Assembly: GCA_964016885.1 (NCBI GenBank)
Contig: OZ024743.1
Location: forward strand, 58,714,001 to 58,778,000
Reading direction: 5' to 3'
Length of the DNA stretch: 64,000 nucleotides
From: Eledone cirrhosa
Lineage: Eukaryota
Shown here: piece by piece, positions 51,726-64,000 of the stretch
Layout: every line of letters begins with the position of its first letter
How positions within the stretch are numbered: position 1 is the first letter of the stretch
Program-made: the position numbers and the translations under genes
Notes under the pieces: generated by a model
What the model was told of the DNA's origin: nothing
The model's database searches: none
Seen by the model: only the letters and a program-made list of their open reading frames with translations

Positions 51726-53367
51726 CTGTTTCTATCTACAATCAGGGGCTTTTTTCTCGCTAACTCATGCTTGCTAACCTATTTTATACTACTTTCCTGC
51801 AGTTAAGATATTGATGAGCGTGTAGAAAAATGTATTTGCTCATGACCTATATGTCACCCTTTTTCCACCACATCAGCAATACATCAATACCCACTTAAGC
51901 TATCACAAAGAAAATATTTTTTATTTTATATAATCCGTCTCATGGAAGGCTTTCGCATAAATCAAATCCTGCTACTGTTTCGCTAATAAGCTTAAACAAT
52001 GGAATGTGTCAGCACAGCATTTCTGACGCTACCAATTTCATGTAGTTTTCATGTATAGAGCAAGGTTCACTAGTTGCAGTCATATGATGAATGAACATTT
52101 GTTCAAATTCTTTGAAAATTGTGACTGACTTAAACCCTGGCATGTTTGAATATTATTCTTTTAAATACCAAAATTGATGTTTGTTTATTCACATTTATAT
52201 TCAACACAGGTGTATTCATCTTAAGTCAGCGTTACTTTAACATCTGTTAATCTCTCAATGACCATATTAAAATTATTTCAGTAGGTGATTTTACCACAAA
52301 ACGTATTATTGCCGATGCCATCTTCAAAGTTATTTTATTATGTTTACAGCTTCTGTCGACATTATAAGTGTATCGAAGTAACAGAATCAGTTTTACGTCG
52401 GGCAACATGTCTTCTTTTTATTTATTTGTGAAATATGAATTTAACACCACCGAATAAACATTGAGGTCACCTAAATAATCATCTACTCCACGGACATCAC
52501 AAACGCAAATATATTTATATGGCTATATATCAAATTTTTAAGTTTTAATATTATTATTGTAGTTGCTTTTGTATTAGAAATTACTATTCTTCTTAAATAC
52601 ATCAATTAAACCCTCGAAACTCTCTTATAGACCAACAGTACTACAACCAAAAAACGCAAACCAATTGTGTGTTTCTATATTGAATTTATAAATATGGTTA
52701 AATAATATTATTTTTTTTAATTATTGATGTTGTCTCAAAAACATTTCTATTGCTGTTGTATCCATATTTTGAGAATAGATGACACAAACGAAGAAAGATT
52801 GAAGAAATTTAGTGTATTTCCTATTTTCTTTTTCACCAGTTAAAATGCACAGCAGGCACGACATGTTAATAGTTCCACTTCAATAGAATGGAAATTCTAA
52901 AACATGTTTAGTTTACAAATCGTATGAGTGTTTTACAAAAATGTATAATAAATCTTGCATTAAACATGATGTTAGCAGTCGTCCACATGACACTAAATTG
53001 AGAAAGAAACATCTACATTACAAAACTAACATTCTTCTTTCAATTCTATGAGAGAGCAATTATTTACATTAATTTAATTTAAAGCGAATCCTGTAGTTTA
53101 TTATCCATTATTAGTAAACCTATATACATATATTGCTACCAGTTTCATTGGAAATTTATTTCTATTTGAGGAGAATACTTCCGCAATGCTTGGCTTCATG
53201 CAAACATGTCGATTCCTGCGTAATGACATCTAAATGAGTCAATATGATTACATTTATTATTACTTGAATGTCGTTTAAAAGTGTACGTCTAAATGAAGAT
53301 ATTAGTACATTTGAATTATTTCGTATGTGTGCCTGTCTGCATTCATTACTCTCTAATACAGAATATA

Positions 53368-53500
53368 TAACCTCGGCGGGATATGAGTTCAAATCCCGCC
53401 GAGGTTGACTTTGTCTTTCATCCTTACGGGGTCGATAAAATAAAGTACCAGTAATGCACTGGGTAATTGCTGGCCTTGTGCCTAAAGTAGAAACAATTAA
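53368..53500 (+). mobile_element. 5'-truncated SINE with fold-back 5' end and 18-bp TSD
   Basis: TSD TCTCTAATACAGAATATA at 53350-53367 and 53501-53518. Confidence 0.88.
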
Positions 53501-53829
53501 TCTCTAATACAGAATATAGCATCTATAATTTTTATATCTGTCGGAATCCATCCTTGGTCAGTCCTGGCAACGGCTGATTTCTTTCACAGAGAGGGAAAGA
53601 GAGGGAAAAGAAAGAAGAATTGAATAGTGTACTAGATTGTTACTTATTTATCGGCCGCGATAGGAAGAAAACAAAGTTAAGTCATGCATCATTTGAATAG
53701 AGAGAGATCTGGAACGAATATCGACAAGTATTATATCTGTAACTTAAAAAGTATCCTATCTCTAAATTTGCTGAGATTATACTGGTGTTGAATTAACATA
53801 ACAAAAAATACTGCCTTGTTATTAACAAT

Positions 53830-54023
53830 GTAGGGCGGTGGATTGGTAGTATCGGTAGAAGGTCGAATGCCATGCTTTGCAGTATAGAATTACGGTCCTT
53901 TACGATCTGAGTTAAAATACCGAGGAGGTTAACTTTGCATTTCATCCTTACGAGGTCGATAAATAAAGTACCATTAATACACTAGGATAATTGCTGGCCT
54001 TGTGCCAAAATAAGAAACAATTA
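53830..54023 (+). mobile_element. tRNA-derived SINE (main family), full length
   Basis: GGGCGGTGGATTGGTAGTATCGGTAG head, B-box-like GAGTTAAAATACC, conserved body. Confidence 0.85.
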
Positions 54024-54159
54024 CTACCAATATAGCAGATGTTTCATACAAAATCAAGCTCACGCCACATGGCTACATTGTTATGTGTCTTTCTTGTTAC
54101 GTTGAGTGTATTTGCTCTTTTCAAATTATCTCGGAGAAAATAAAAGAAGATACTTACTA

Positions 54160-54268
54160 ATTATTTCTGTTTTTGGCACAAGACCAGCAATTATCCTAGT
54201 ACATTACTGCTACTTTATTTTATCGACCCCAAAAGGATGAAGGCAAAGTTAACCTCGGCAGGATTTGA
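54160..54268 (-). mobile_element. SINE 3' half (main family)
   Basis: Conserved body and tail. Confidence 0.8.
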
Positions 54269-54524
54269 TGAAACAACCGCATAATTTTAAAAACAACTAC
54301 TCTCGAATGTGCAATATTGTCTCAAAAGATGACTTTATATTCCATAATTGATGCTATAAAATATATATGGCCTAAACCAATATTATATCTAATACACACA
54401 CACACAAACAAACAAACACACACAAACACGCACAAACACACACACACACACACACACGCGAACACATATGCACTCATACACACGCGCGCCCACACACACA
54501 CACACGCACACATACACACACATG

Positions 54525-54590
<66 letters not shown>

Positions 54591-55406
54591 CACGGAATTT
54601 AGAAACCTTGGATTGGTGTCAGATGCGTGGTTTGACCAGTGGGTGCTGAATTTAGCTAAATCAAGTCTCTAAGAAAACTGTACTCCGATATAAAACCCAT
54701 TGAACGACGATAGGTATGCATTCTCAATAGATGAATTAGGAATACCAATAAGTGTAAGGCTCCTGATAACTGTGGATTATGCATTATCGTATCACACAGA
54801 ATCCTATCGAACTAATTATTGTAGAGTGACGTGTTTGTTTTCTTCTAAATTACTTGAAAAATTCAAGTAAGCTTAATTTGTAATAAAGAAATGTTATGAG
54901 TATGAAGTGTGGAAACTACATGAGCATTTGTTTCCTATCAGTTTCTGGCAAGATATTGGCAAGATTTTGGCAAGTGCTCTTCTTATCCACTTCAATATAT
55001 CAATCCTAAATTATGTCCTTCCTTAATATTTTTGTGGGTTCTGACAAGGTAGCAAGTGATATGAATTTAACTGCAAGACATTTAAAACAAATGACTTCAA
55101 AATAAAGTATTAAAGTTTGTCACTTAAACATCTTTAGATATACTCGTTTACTTTAACTTTGCAATTTCATTGAATTTCATTCATCAGCAAAAATGTCAGT
55201 TCCTTAGAACAATAGCTAGCCTATTCTTATGATAAGCAACATTGAAAATGCTAGCGAATACCGGGGTCCCTTTGAACCTCACTGTAGCAGACTATTGTTT
55301 CTTTCTGTTATACATGATGTCATGGCACCACATGCAATAACGATATTTATCTTTCAGTTAGTATTTACATCATAGGCACAGCCAAATATACTTTAAGAAA
55401 AATAAT

Positions 55407-55599
55407 TGTTTCTACTATTGGCACAAGCCCAGCAATTATCCAGTACATTACTGGTACTTTATTTTATCGACCCTGTAAGAATGAAAGTCAAAATTAACCT
55501 CGGCGGCATTTGAACTCAGAATGGCAAGGGCCGTAACTCTATGCGTGAAAGCATGGCGTCCGACCCTCTACCGATACTGCCAATTCACCGCCCTACTAC
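55407..55599 (-). mobile_element. tRNA-derived SINE, full length, 12-bp TSD
   Basis: A box TGGCAGTATCGG, B box GAGTTCAAATGCC; TSD AAGAAAAATAAT at 55395-55406 and 55600-55611. Confidence 0.9.
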
Positions 55600-56489
55600 A
55601 AGAAAAATAATATATTTCAACAAAACTGCAGAGAAAATGTAACATGTTCAAAGATTTCTAAACACAAAACATACAATCGTAAATCACCAGCTTAATGAAC
55701 ATTCTATGCAAATCAGATAACTTTTTATATTTTACTCCAAATGCGGATAAAATTAACCAAAAATGTTAAGCCGATTGTCACATTCTGTAATATATAGTGT
55801 TGAATTGTAACAATTAGAAATTCTATTTTACAGTTTAACAGTTGCTAGAACAGCTAACTTGACATTCACACTTGAAAGAAATAAGATTAATTGTAATCAT
55901 TGAATCTTTCGACATTCATGATAACAGTTCCATTAAAGCTATTAATGATAATTTGAATGATTTACCAAATGAGTTGTAAAGATAGAATATTACTCATTGT
56001 ATGGCACCAATCTTAAAGTTTCTGCTTTACATAGTCTAACAGCCATGAACTAGATAACATTGTATTGCACAGACACATTTATTAATATAATTGAATATTT
56101 TTAAAAATACATGCTGATCATACTGTTATGGAAAACAATTATCTTTCTCCCAAGAAGAATTTTACAGGTCAAAGCTTAATGTTAGAATGAAGATATGCTA
56201 ATTACTACGGCTAAATGTCTTGCTATAATGTGTCCCATAGCATGAAAGGAGCTGGAACTGTTTCTAATTACTGTTTACTAGAGCACATTATTTCTAAACA
56301 AATGCTTACATCTTGGTCTTCTTCTCTCTTGACTTATAATGGGTCATGTAATCATGACAAACTCATCATGTATTTGTCAAACCTAAGCAGGTTCCATGGC
56401 AAGTTGAATTATGGAAGATCAGCAGTCATCAATGCATACAATTCTCCTTTCTCCATGAGACTGATGTTGGCGAAGGGAAAATAAAAGGC

Positions 56490-56666
56490 CGATGCATCTT
56501 GGTATCCATGTAGTCGCAAGTAATTTTTTTCAGCTGCGTGGACTGGAGTAATGTATAAATAAACTGTATTTCTCAGGAACACAACGCACTACTCTGTACA
56601 GGAATCAAACTGAGAACATTACGATCATGAGAATAGCAACCCAACCACTAAACCACACGCTTTCAC
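56490..56666 (-). mobile_element. Degenerate tRNA-derived SINE (other family)
   Basis: Minus strand GTGTGGTTTAGTGGTT (A box) ... AGTTTGATTCCTG (B box) ... GTTGTGTTCCTGAGAAATACA. Confidence 0.55.
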
Positions 56667-57823
56667 AAAAATGTTTACAACAGTGCGTCAATGTAAATGA
56701 CTGCTTACTGCTGTGCGCCAAATCTATATGAATGCAGTTTACTTTGTAACCAGTCTAACAGTTTGTATCGGATCTCCATCGGCTCCGATGAGGAGAGTTC
56801 CATTTGAATCAATCAATGGACACAACGGATCAGCGGTAACCGAACTCACGAACGTACGGTCGTGAGGCACTAAACCAAACTTGCTATTAGGTACCAAATC
56901 TAAATGACTGTTTAGTACGAAGTAGCAACTCTAAACAACTGCTTTGTGCCGTGAAATATATCAAAACGATTACTTACTACGATGCAACATATCCAAATAA
57001 TTACTTGCTCTGGTGCAACAAGTGTAAAATTGACCTATAAATCGAGTCAATAAGAAAGACTATACGTAGTCGCATTACAAGTCGGAAATAAATGGCAAAA
57101 CCTCTTAAATCATGCACAATTGTATAAGATAAATGAGCTGATAATGTAATCCAGATGAGACGGTCACGGCTAACACCATTTGACCATAGTTATGCATTAT
57201 CACGGCTGGCATTAGATTAACACTCACCCACACTGAAGTAAAATGACTGGAAATATTTCAAAACTTATTTAACAATCATTACCATATATATTTCCGCGCA
57301 CACACACATGGTTTTCAGCCCCTATGGGCTACAGATAGAAACAAAATAATGAGCACGCGAAGATGCTGGTTAGTTTATTTATATAACAGCAATAAATATT
57401 CAAAACACTCTGCAACAATGTAAAAAAGATACAAATTTACAGATCAATTTAATATACTGTCTCGTAACACGAATCAAAGAGATAAATATATTGACAGTAA
57501 TAATTGGTTAAATAAACAACTGAACATTTGGCATATTGAAGATACCAAAGAGATGAAAAAAAATAACTCTCGTTAATGCCTAAGGATTAAGTTAGTCAGT
57601 TGTGATTCAGCGGGTTTAGATTTAAATTACTTTTATATACGTCTAACTATTAATCGTTAGTCGATACCCACCCTAGTGAGACATCACGACTAAGATGAAA
57701 GAGCTCAGGTCGCATGAATGCTTCTCCAGAATAGTGCGATGTGTAGTATAGGAGAGAAGTGAGATACCATTAATTCCATACGAAAAATCATCGACCCAAC
57801 CACCTAATAGAAATAACTATAAC

Positions 57824-57909
<86 letters not shown>

Positions 57910-57910
57910 A

Positions 57911-58019
<109 letters not shown>

Positions 58020-58301
58020 CGTGTGTGTGTGTGTGTGTGTGTGCGAACTCAGCACGGTGCATCTTTGGAATGTGCAGTTTTGCTATTGGTGTGGTATATT
58101 TCTAAATCCTCAGATTTCTGTTATGTATCGACCCACATGATTTTGTGTCATTCCCAAAACACATGTTATTATAAGGATTGTTGCTGCTTTCATCATCCAT
58201 ATTTGGAATATGTTTCCATTCGATTAATATATATATATAGGAAAAGAGTCAGGACACCGACGGCTGAGCTCCGTCCGTTTCAACAGCTAGATCTGAACTA
58301 A

Positions 58302-58438
<137 letters not shown>

Positions 58439-58819
58439 CATGGCGTGCAGCGTTGTTGCAAATGGGATACATATGAATAAAATTAGAGCGAGAAGACAGG
58501 GCGTCGGTCATCAGTGATCTTCCAGCCGTCATTCGTATTTCTTCGCATTAAAGATCATATACCTCCGTTTGATGCGAGCAATAACTAAAAAGGTTATTGG
58601 GATACGTAGAATAGGGAGAAGCGAGCGAGACATGTAAACAAACAGAGATGGTAATGCAACGGAAAGAGAGGAACAGGAGAAACAAATCCATGATATCTGT
58701 GAACTTAAGTTCTATCAAATCATGGACGAGGAAAGACAGAGACGCGTCCGAGCCATGTGAGATGTAAGCGAGAAAAGGATATCACACAAGTCAGACGGGA
58801 GGAAGTGAGTCCCCTCTCT

Positions 58820-59960
58820 CACTTTGAGAGAACCAAGGAGTTGTAGGTACATAAGGGTGGGTAAATCTATACAGATGTAGGTCCTTAACCCGAGCCTGGT
58901 CCTTTTGGTTAAGTAAGTTTACGCAGGAGGGTATATTTTTTTATAGTTCTTATTAAGCTCCTTAAGAACGAAAGAGTTGTAGGTTTCAGGAGGCATGGTG
59001 TATAGATTTTTGGTTTTGTCAGACATAACATGTCCTATATTGGCTCTACCTCTAACCCTTTTAAGGTACACTATAACGCGCACTTATTTTCCTTCCGAGA
59101 CCCTAGCAATAGATGCTCAACATCTCTAGCTAGGCTCATTAAAATCTATAAATTAAGCAACATTGAACACTCACTAACATGGGATATCTTGGCTAGATCA
59201 CCAGCGTTCAACGGACGAAGAAACTGTTGTGATCTCTGTCTTACAGGGGCCTATTACATAACTCTGTCACGACCACGACCTATTAATGATAGAAATGAGG
59301 TAACTATTAACTGTCACCATCGAAAGGCAAATTCCTTCGCCAACTGAATATTTGACCCAACATAGTCATCAAATATCGCCATTACATATAGCTAGCGTGT
59401 TAAATATTTAACTGAGACTGTTATCTCCCTTACATTGTCTCACATTAAAGCCTATTAGCATTACATAGTTATAAATTACCCAGAAATTTAAATTTTCAAG
59501 GAGTTACCTCCCTTGAAACCCGTCTCTAATTAGTAAGGTAAATTTCCTAAAGTGGCCATTTTATTACGCATAGGCAGGCCTTGCTCAATCCAGACTCGAC
59601 ATAAGCCTAATGCTTGCTTATAGCAGACATTTGACACACCCAGGAACCCTTTCGTGAAATACCTATATATGTAACATCACCTTCACGTAATCACCATACT
59701 TTACTTTATTTTATATTCCTTATTCCATCTTAACCTTATCAATATTTTCATTATCTCATTTGAAGTTCTGAAGAGCTGCTCGATTATATTACCTAAGTTA
59801 CCTATCTTCATCTGAACCAGATCAATAATGATCTATAATCAATTGATCCAGAAATATTATATGGAGTAGCGAACAATTGTAAACAAACATTATTATTCCT
59901 TACATTAAACTATAATTACACTCCTTATTCCTTACATTAAACTGCAAACATGTTGACACT
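58820..59960. mobile_element. PLE remnant: inverted RT N-terminal piece (58820-59026, minus) joined to GIY-YIG, 3' UTR and pLTR (59030 onward, plus)
   Basis: Minus: MSDKTKNLYTMPPETYNSFVLKELNKNYKK...HPYVPTTPWFS. Plus: SYIGSTSNPFK...CCDLC...CHH. Confidence 0.8.
59765..59884 (+). ncRNA. Hammerhead with ~96-nt stem II domain; one core A missing
   Basis: GTT-CTGAAGA-GCTGCTC...GAGTAGC-GAAC-AATT-GTA|AAC; stem III palindrome ACAATTGT. Confidence 0.65.
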
Positions 59961-60032
59961 CTTTAACTAACGTCTCTCTTGTGAATGTTGTAGTCTTGTT
60001 TTGCTTAACTAATGAATATATATATATGTATA

Positions 60033-60921
60033 CTAGCATTAAAGCCCGGCGTTGCTCGGGGTCATTAAGTTACCAAAGTTAGGTTGCACCACCCATTTTA
60101 TGGCAGCACTTTTTTGTCTGCCAGGCACTGGGTGAATGAATTGCAGACCTGGAAGCATGAGCTGCGCCAGCAGTGACAATTGTAGTTTCGCCTATGGATA
60201 TTATCTCTGTGCAAAAAATTGTTGAAATTTATTGTTTCACAGTACTTGCGCAACACGCGCGTAGACGATGCCAGCCGAACTGCGATGGAGTTGTTCTGCA
60301 TGGTTGTCTAATGTGTGTTTTCTAAATTTAAGACAGTAGGGAGGGATGTGATATGAGGGAGAGTTAGCTGTTGTTTCTAGCAGCTTTAGTGACCTCATAG
60401 AGGATATGTGTTTTCTAAATTTAAGACAGTAGGGAGTGGTGTGATATGGGGGAGAGTTAGCTGCTGTTTCTAGCAGGTTTAGTGACCTCATAGAAGATAT
60501 GTTTTCTAAATTTAAGACAGTATGGAGTGGTGTGATATGGGGGAGAGTTAGCTGCTGTTTCTAGCAGGTTTAGTAACCTTATAGAGGATATGTGTTTTCT
60601 AAATTTAAGACAGAAGGGAGTGGTGTGAACGGACAGTATCACCATCAAGCTTGGAAACAGAAAGTAGCAGAGAGTATGAAGTTGTATAGATTTTGAATGG
60701 TAGTGGAAAGAGTTTAGCAGTTTAAATGACAGAGAAAAATCGTAAAATATTGAGTTTTATCTATTTTTTGCGTAATTGTGGCTGAAACTGAAAAAATTAT
60801 CTGCGCTAAGACGCAATCGAAACTATTTCGAGTACTGAATTGTAAATTTCAATTGAAGAAATTCTATATCATAGATTTCTATAAGGAAGGAGCTTGACCA
60901 CACACTGAGATTTATAGATTA

Positions 60922-60924
<3 letters not shown>
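60033..60924 (-). mobile_element. Complete non-autonomous Helitron
   Basis: Minus strand starts A|TCATAATCTATAAATCTC and ends with hairpin CCCGAGC-AAC-GCCGGG, 8 nt, CTAG|T; sits in (TA)n. Confidence 0.72.
60314..60627. repeat. ~93-bp tandem repeat, 3.4 units, inside the Helitron
   Basis: TGTTTTCTAAATTTAAGACAG recurs at ~60316, ~60409, ~60500, ~60593. Confidence 0.9.
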
Positions 60925-60960
<36 letters not shown>

Positions 60961-60968
<8 letters not shown>

Positions 60969-62038
60969 CCTGCGGGATAGATCGATGAATTAGAAGACAT
61001 CTTTTTCTTTGAAGTTTGAACTATAATACCAGGTTGGTTAGCGTTGATCCCCCTATCAGTGCGTATTTGCATATCCTAGAGTGAAGAGGCTTTGGCATTC
61101 TCTGACACCATTTCTTGTGTACGTGTATACCACTTTTTCTGTTTGCATTTCGTAGTATTGGCATTACTTCCAGTGTATGTTAATCCTAACTCTGTCGTGT
61201 CTATGTATATGTACTCTGTTACTTCATTCATTCATACGTTTTTGAACTTCTGTGTATTCCAACTCCTTTATCTCATAGATTTTCACTCGTAATTTTCCCC
61301 TCTTCAGGGTTGTTCTGGCACATTATTGTAGTCAAAATCACGTGTGAATCTATTTATTGCTTGAAGCAGCGTTTTAAGTTGTCTCACGTCTGTCGCGCAC
61401 GGATTATAGCCTCCATAAACTGGAGATGCTCAATTTTCTTGCCATAGCATTTATAACCAAGTATAGTCCTGGTTTATATCTCAGGTTATAGTGTCAATGC
61501 TAAACACAAGAGGAATTGTGGTAGGGAGTCTCCTTGAAATATTCATCTTTCGCCTTATCTGCTGAATTCATATATAAATTCATCTTTCCCCTTATCTGCT
61601 GAATTGCTTGCCACTTATTCATGTCATATATGATGAATGTTTTTATTCTTTGCACTACTTAGTTTATGACTGATTCTGTCAATCAGTCCATGCCATGTGG
61701 GATATTTTTTCATTTTCTGCAGTTTTATGTTATCATTTTGTTGATTAGTAATTGGTTTTTACAGGCATATGGTAGTTTGTAGCAGAATTTCTGTTCTTCT
61801 GGAAATAGAATTTGTTATCTAAGCGCTTGGTCAGTTTCTGCGATATTATTGCAGATAAGATCTTTTAATTTATAGAAAGCCATATTATGGAGGTTTGCCG
61901 TAACATCATTCATGCGGTTCAGTGTGGTTTACCTCTTAGTTATCTAGTCGGGCGGCACCCCTGTCTCCATTAGCATCTCATTAATTTTTATCGAATTGCA
62001 CCATGTGTCTCTGTTAAATATTTCAAGCAGAAATTTGG
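60961..62038 (-). mobile_element. Degenerate, internally deleted R4/Dong-like LINE adjoining (TAA)n
   Basis: Minus strand L*DMQIRTDRGINANQPGIIV parallels LWDFRIQTDKKLEHNRPDLVV; the remainder is weak. Confidence 0.5.
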
Positions 62039-62619
62039 TATTATTATTATTATTATTATTATCATTATTACCATTATTATCATATCAAGAGTAAGCCAAA
62101 ATGATAAAAGAGATGAAATAATTTACACACCACACTTAAAACCATGCAATGAATTCTTTTCAAAATTCCAGTATTCGCTAGTGTAAATTGATTATTTGAA
62201 TTACAAAAGAAGCATTAATAGCTTGCTGCGTGGAAGCTATTTATTAAATGCAGAAACACAAAACAGTTGACTTCACTTCACATTTATCAATTATAACTTA
62301 GTGTCAGACTTTCGTCGCACAGTCTGCCACCTGGTTACTAACAGAGTACTGAAACTAAGAAAAGAATTGACAAGAAGAAAATGATAATTATAAAGTAAAA
62401 TTAACAGTTTTTCTATCATATTTTGAATATCTACAATGAGTCATCCACGATATAATTTCTTTAGTTTCAAGACACTTTAACAGATCAGTTGTCATAGAAG
62501 TACAAATTTAGAATTAATAGTTCAATCATCGAACTATTTGAAATGCTAAATAATGTCGTGCGACATTATAGTAATTGTTCAAACAAGATGGGCAAATCGT
62601 GTGAGAATGTTTGTTATAT

Positions 62620-62800
62620 AATTGCTTCTACTTTAGGCACAATGCCAGCAATTATCCAGTGCATTACTGGTACTTTATTTCATCGACCCCGTAAGGATGA
62701 AAGGCAAAGTCAACCTCGGCAGGATTTGAGCTCAGATCGTAAAGGGACGTAACTATGCTGGAAAGCATGGCGTCTGACCCTCTACCGATACTGTCAAATG
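62620..62800 (-). mobile_element. tRNA-derived SINE (main family)
   Basis: Conserved tail, body and head CCCTCTACCGATACTG.CAA. Confidence 0.85.
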
Positions 62801-64000
62801 GGCATGAAATATAGTTTGGAAGTAAGAATACCAAATATAACAATTCTGTAGGCTTCACTGTTCATCAAAATAGTTTAAATTCAGTAATAGTTTGAGCATC
62901 AAATTCCAGCAGAACTTGTGAAATAAGACTGGCGTCGAAGCTCTACATTTTAATCAGATACATTTGCTTCTGTTAGAGATTTGAATGAAAAGAAACGTTA
63001 AGTAATAACAATTGAAGAACAAAAAACAAACAAACATACAAAAACAATGGAAATGTATACTTGTAATACAAAATTAATTCGAGTGCAAAGAATGCATTAA
63101 ATCGGCTAAACATGATAATTGTAAAGGAACATTTTGTAAGGATGGAAAACTAACAGTAGGGAAATACAATTATTAGAACTATTAAAACAGTTCGAGAATT
63201 GCACGAACTATCAAGAAAAATATCTTAGCATTTAGCAGTAGTGATATATACAATAACCATATTGATTTTATTCTCGACCCCCACAAATATTAATCGAAAA
63301 TAAAGTGTGCTAAATTCGATTATAGTGCAGATCAATCAGCCATCATATACTAGTAATACTAGTAATAAAAAATCAGCTCAAAACAATCAAAATGAACGAA
63401 AACTCCAAGATAAAAGGCGATAAAAAAAAACCTTCTCACGCATGACAGAATGCAAATGAAAGATAGGAAGACAAATTTCATCCTTATTGTTATTAGATGT
63501 AAATGTTCAAGATATACTTGCATGTTTTGAAGAAATACTAAGAACAGCCATCATTAAGGTAGAAAGGGAACCTTTGGATAAATAAAGATGGTAAAGATCT
63601 CTTCTTTAATCAAGTGTGATGAACAAATTGGTCTTGAATAAAGATGTTATGAATATAAAAAGAAGAAATATGTTAGGAAGCAGGTTTGGCTGGAAATTAG
63701 AGCAGCTAAGGGTACAAGAAATATGGGAAGTCATAGAAATAAGTGAGAGAGCAAATAACCTACAAAAAACATCATGCCATATATTTAAAGCTATCGAAAG
63801 AGCAAGTTACTGAATATAGATATGGACGCCTACTAACAAAAGCACATGAGGGTATTGATAGCTGGCTAGATTACTGTGAGTGACGGTAGAGCTACAAAAG
63901 GATGATGTTAGTAATGTGTTAAACCAATTAAGCTAATATATTTCGAGAGACAGAGAGTACTTCAGAAGCTGATAACCAAGCAATTAGAAAACTAAAATGT

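Noticed and set aside
55407-55599. tRNA gene
   Set aside because: A and B boxes are present but there is no cloverleaf; it is a multicopy SINE head with a TSD.
58495-58520. Minus-strand CTGATGA (also at 1760 and CCGATGA at 56785)
   Set aside because: No correctly placed GAAA/stem III/UH downstream.
63400-64000. Purine-rich stretch resembling a decayed LINE ORF
   Set aside because: No diagnostic motif recognisable, and it is cut by the window edge.

Overview
AT-rich, microsatellite-saturated eukaryotic DNA with no recognisable host protein-coding gene. The repeat repertoire suggests an animal, probably an octopus (inference). Nearly all identifiable sequence is transposon-derived. It includes three long and several fragmentary Penelope-like elements (RT + GIY-YIG with DKT and CxCx5Cx5C motifs, matching my recollection of the Hydra clade), an R4/Dong-type RLE LINE, Tx1/L1, RTE and CR1 fragments, and an internally deleted DD37D Tc1/mariner. 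It also holds MITEs, non-autonomous Helitrons and many tRNA-derived SINEs. The main hidden layer, invisible to the ORF track, is RNA: at least 14 recognisable type I hammerhead ribozyme motifs from about 9 distinct sequence families, plus degenerate ones. They occur in PLE pseudo-LTRs, in fold-back (inverted) arrangements, as solo copies, and in two ORF-less ~315-320 bp tandem dimers that look like retrozymes (circRNA-forming non-autonomous elements). Several have unusual architecture: a very long stem II or a non-canonical A8 core. Most elements sit inside (TA)n tracts. All structures were read by eye; no folding or database search was run.
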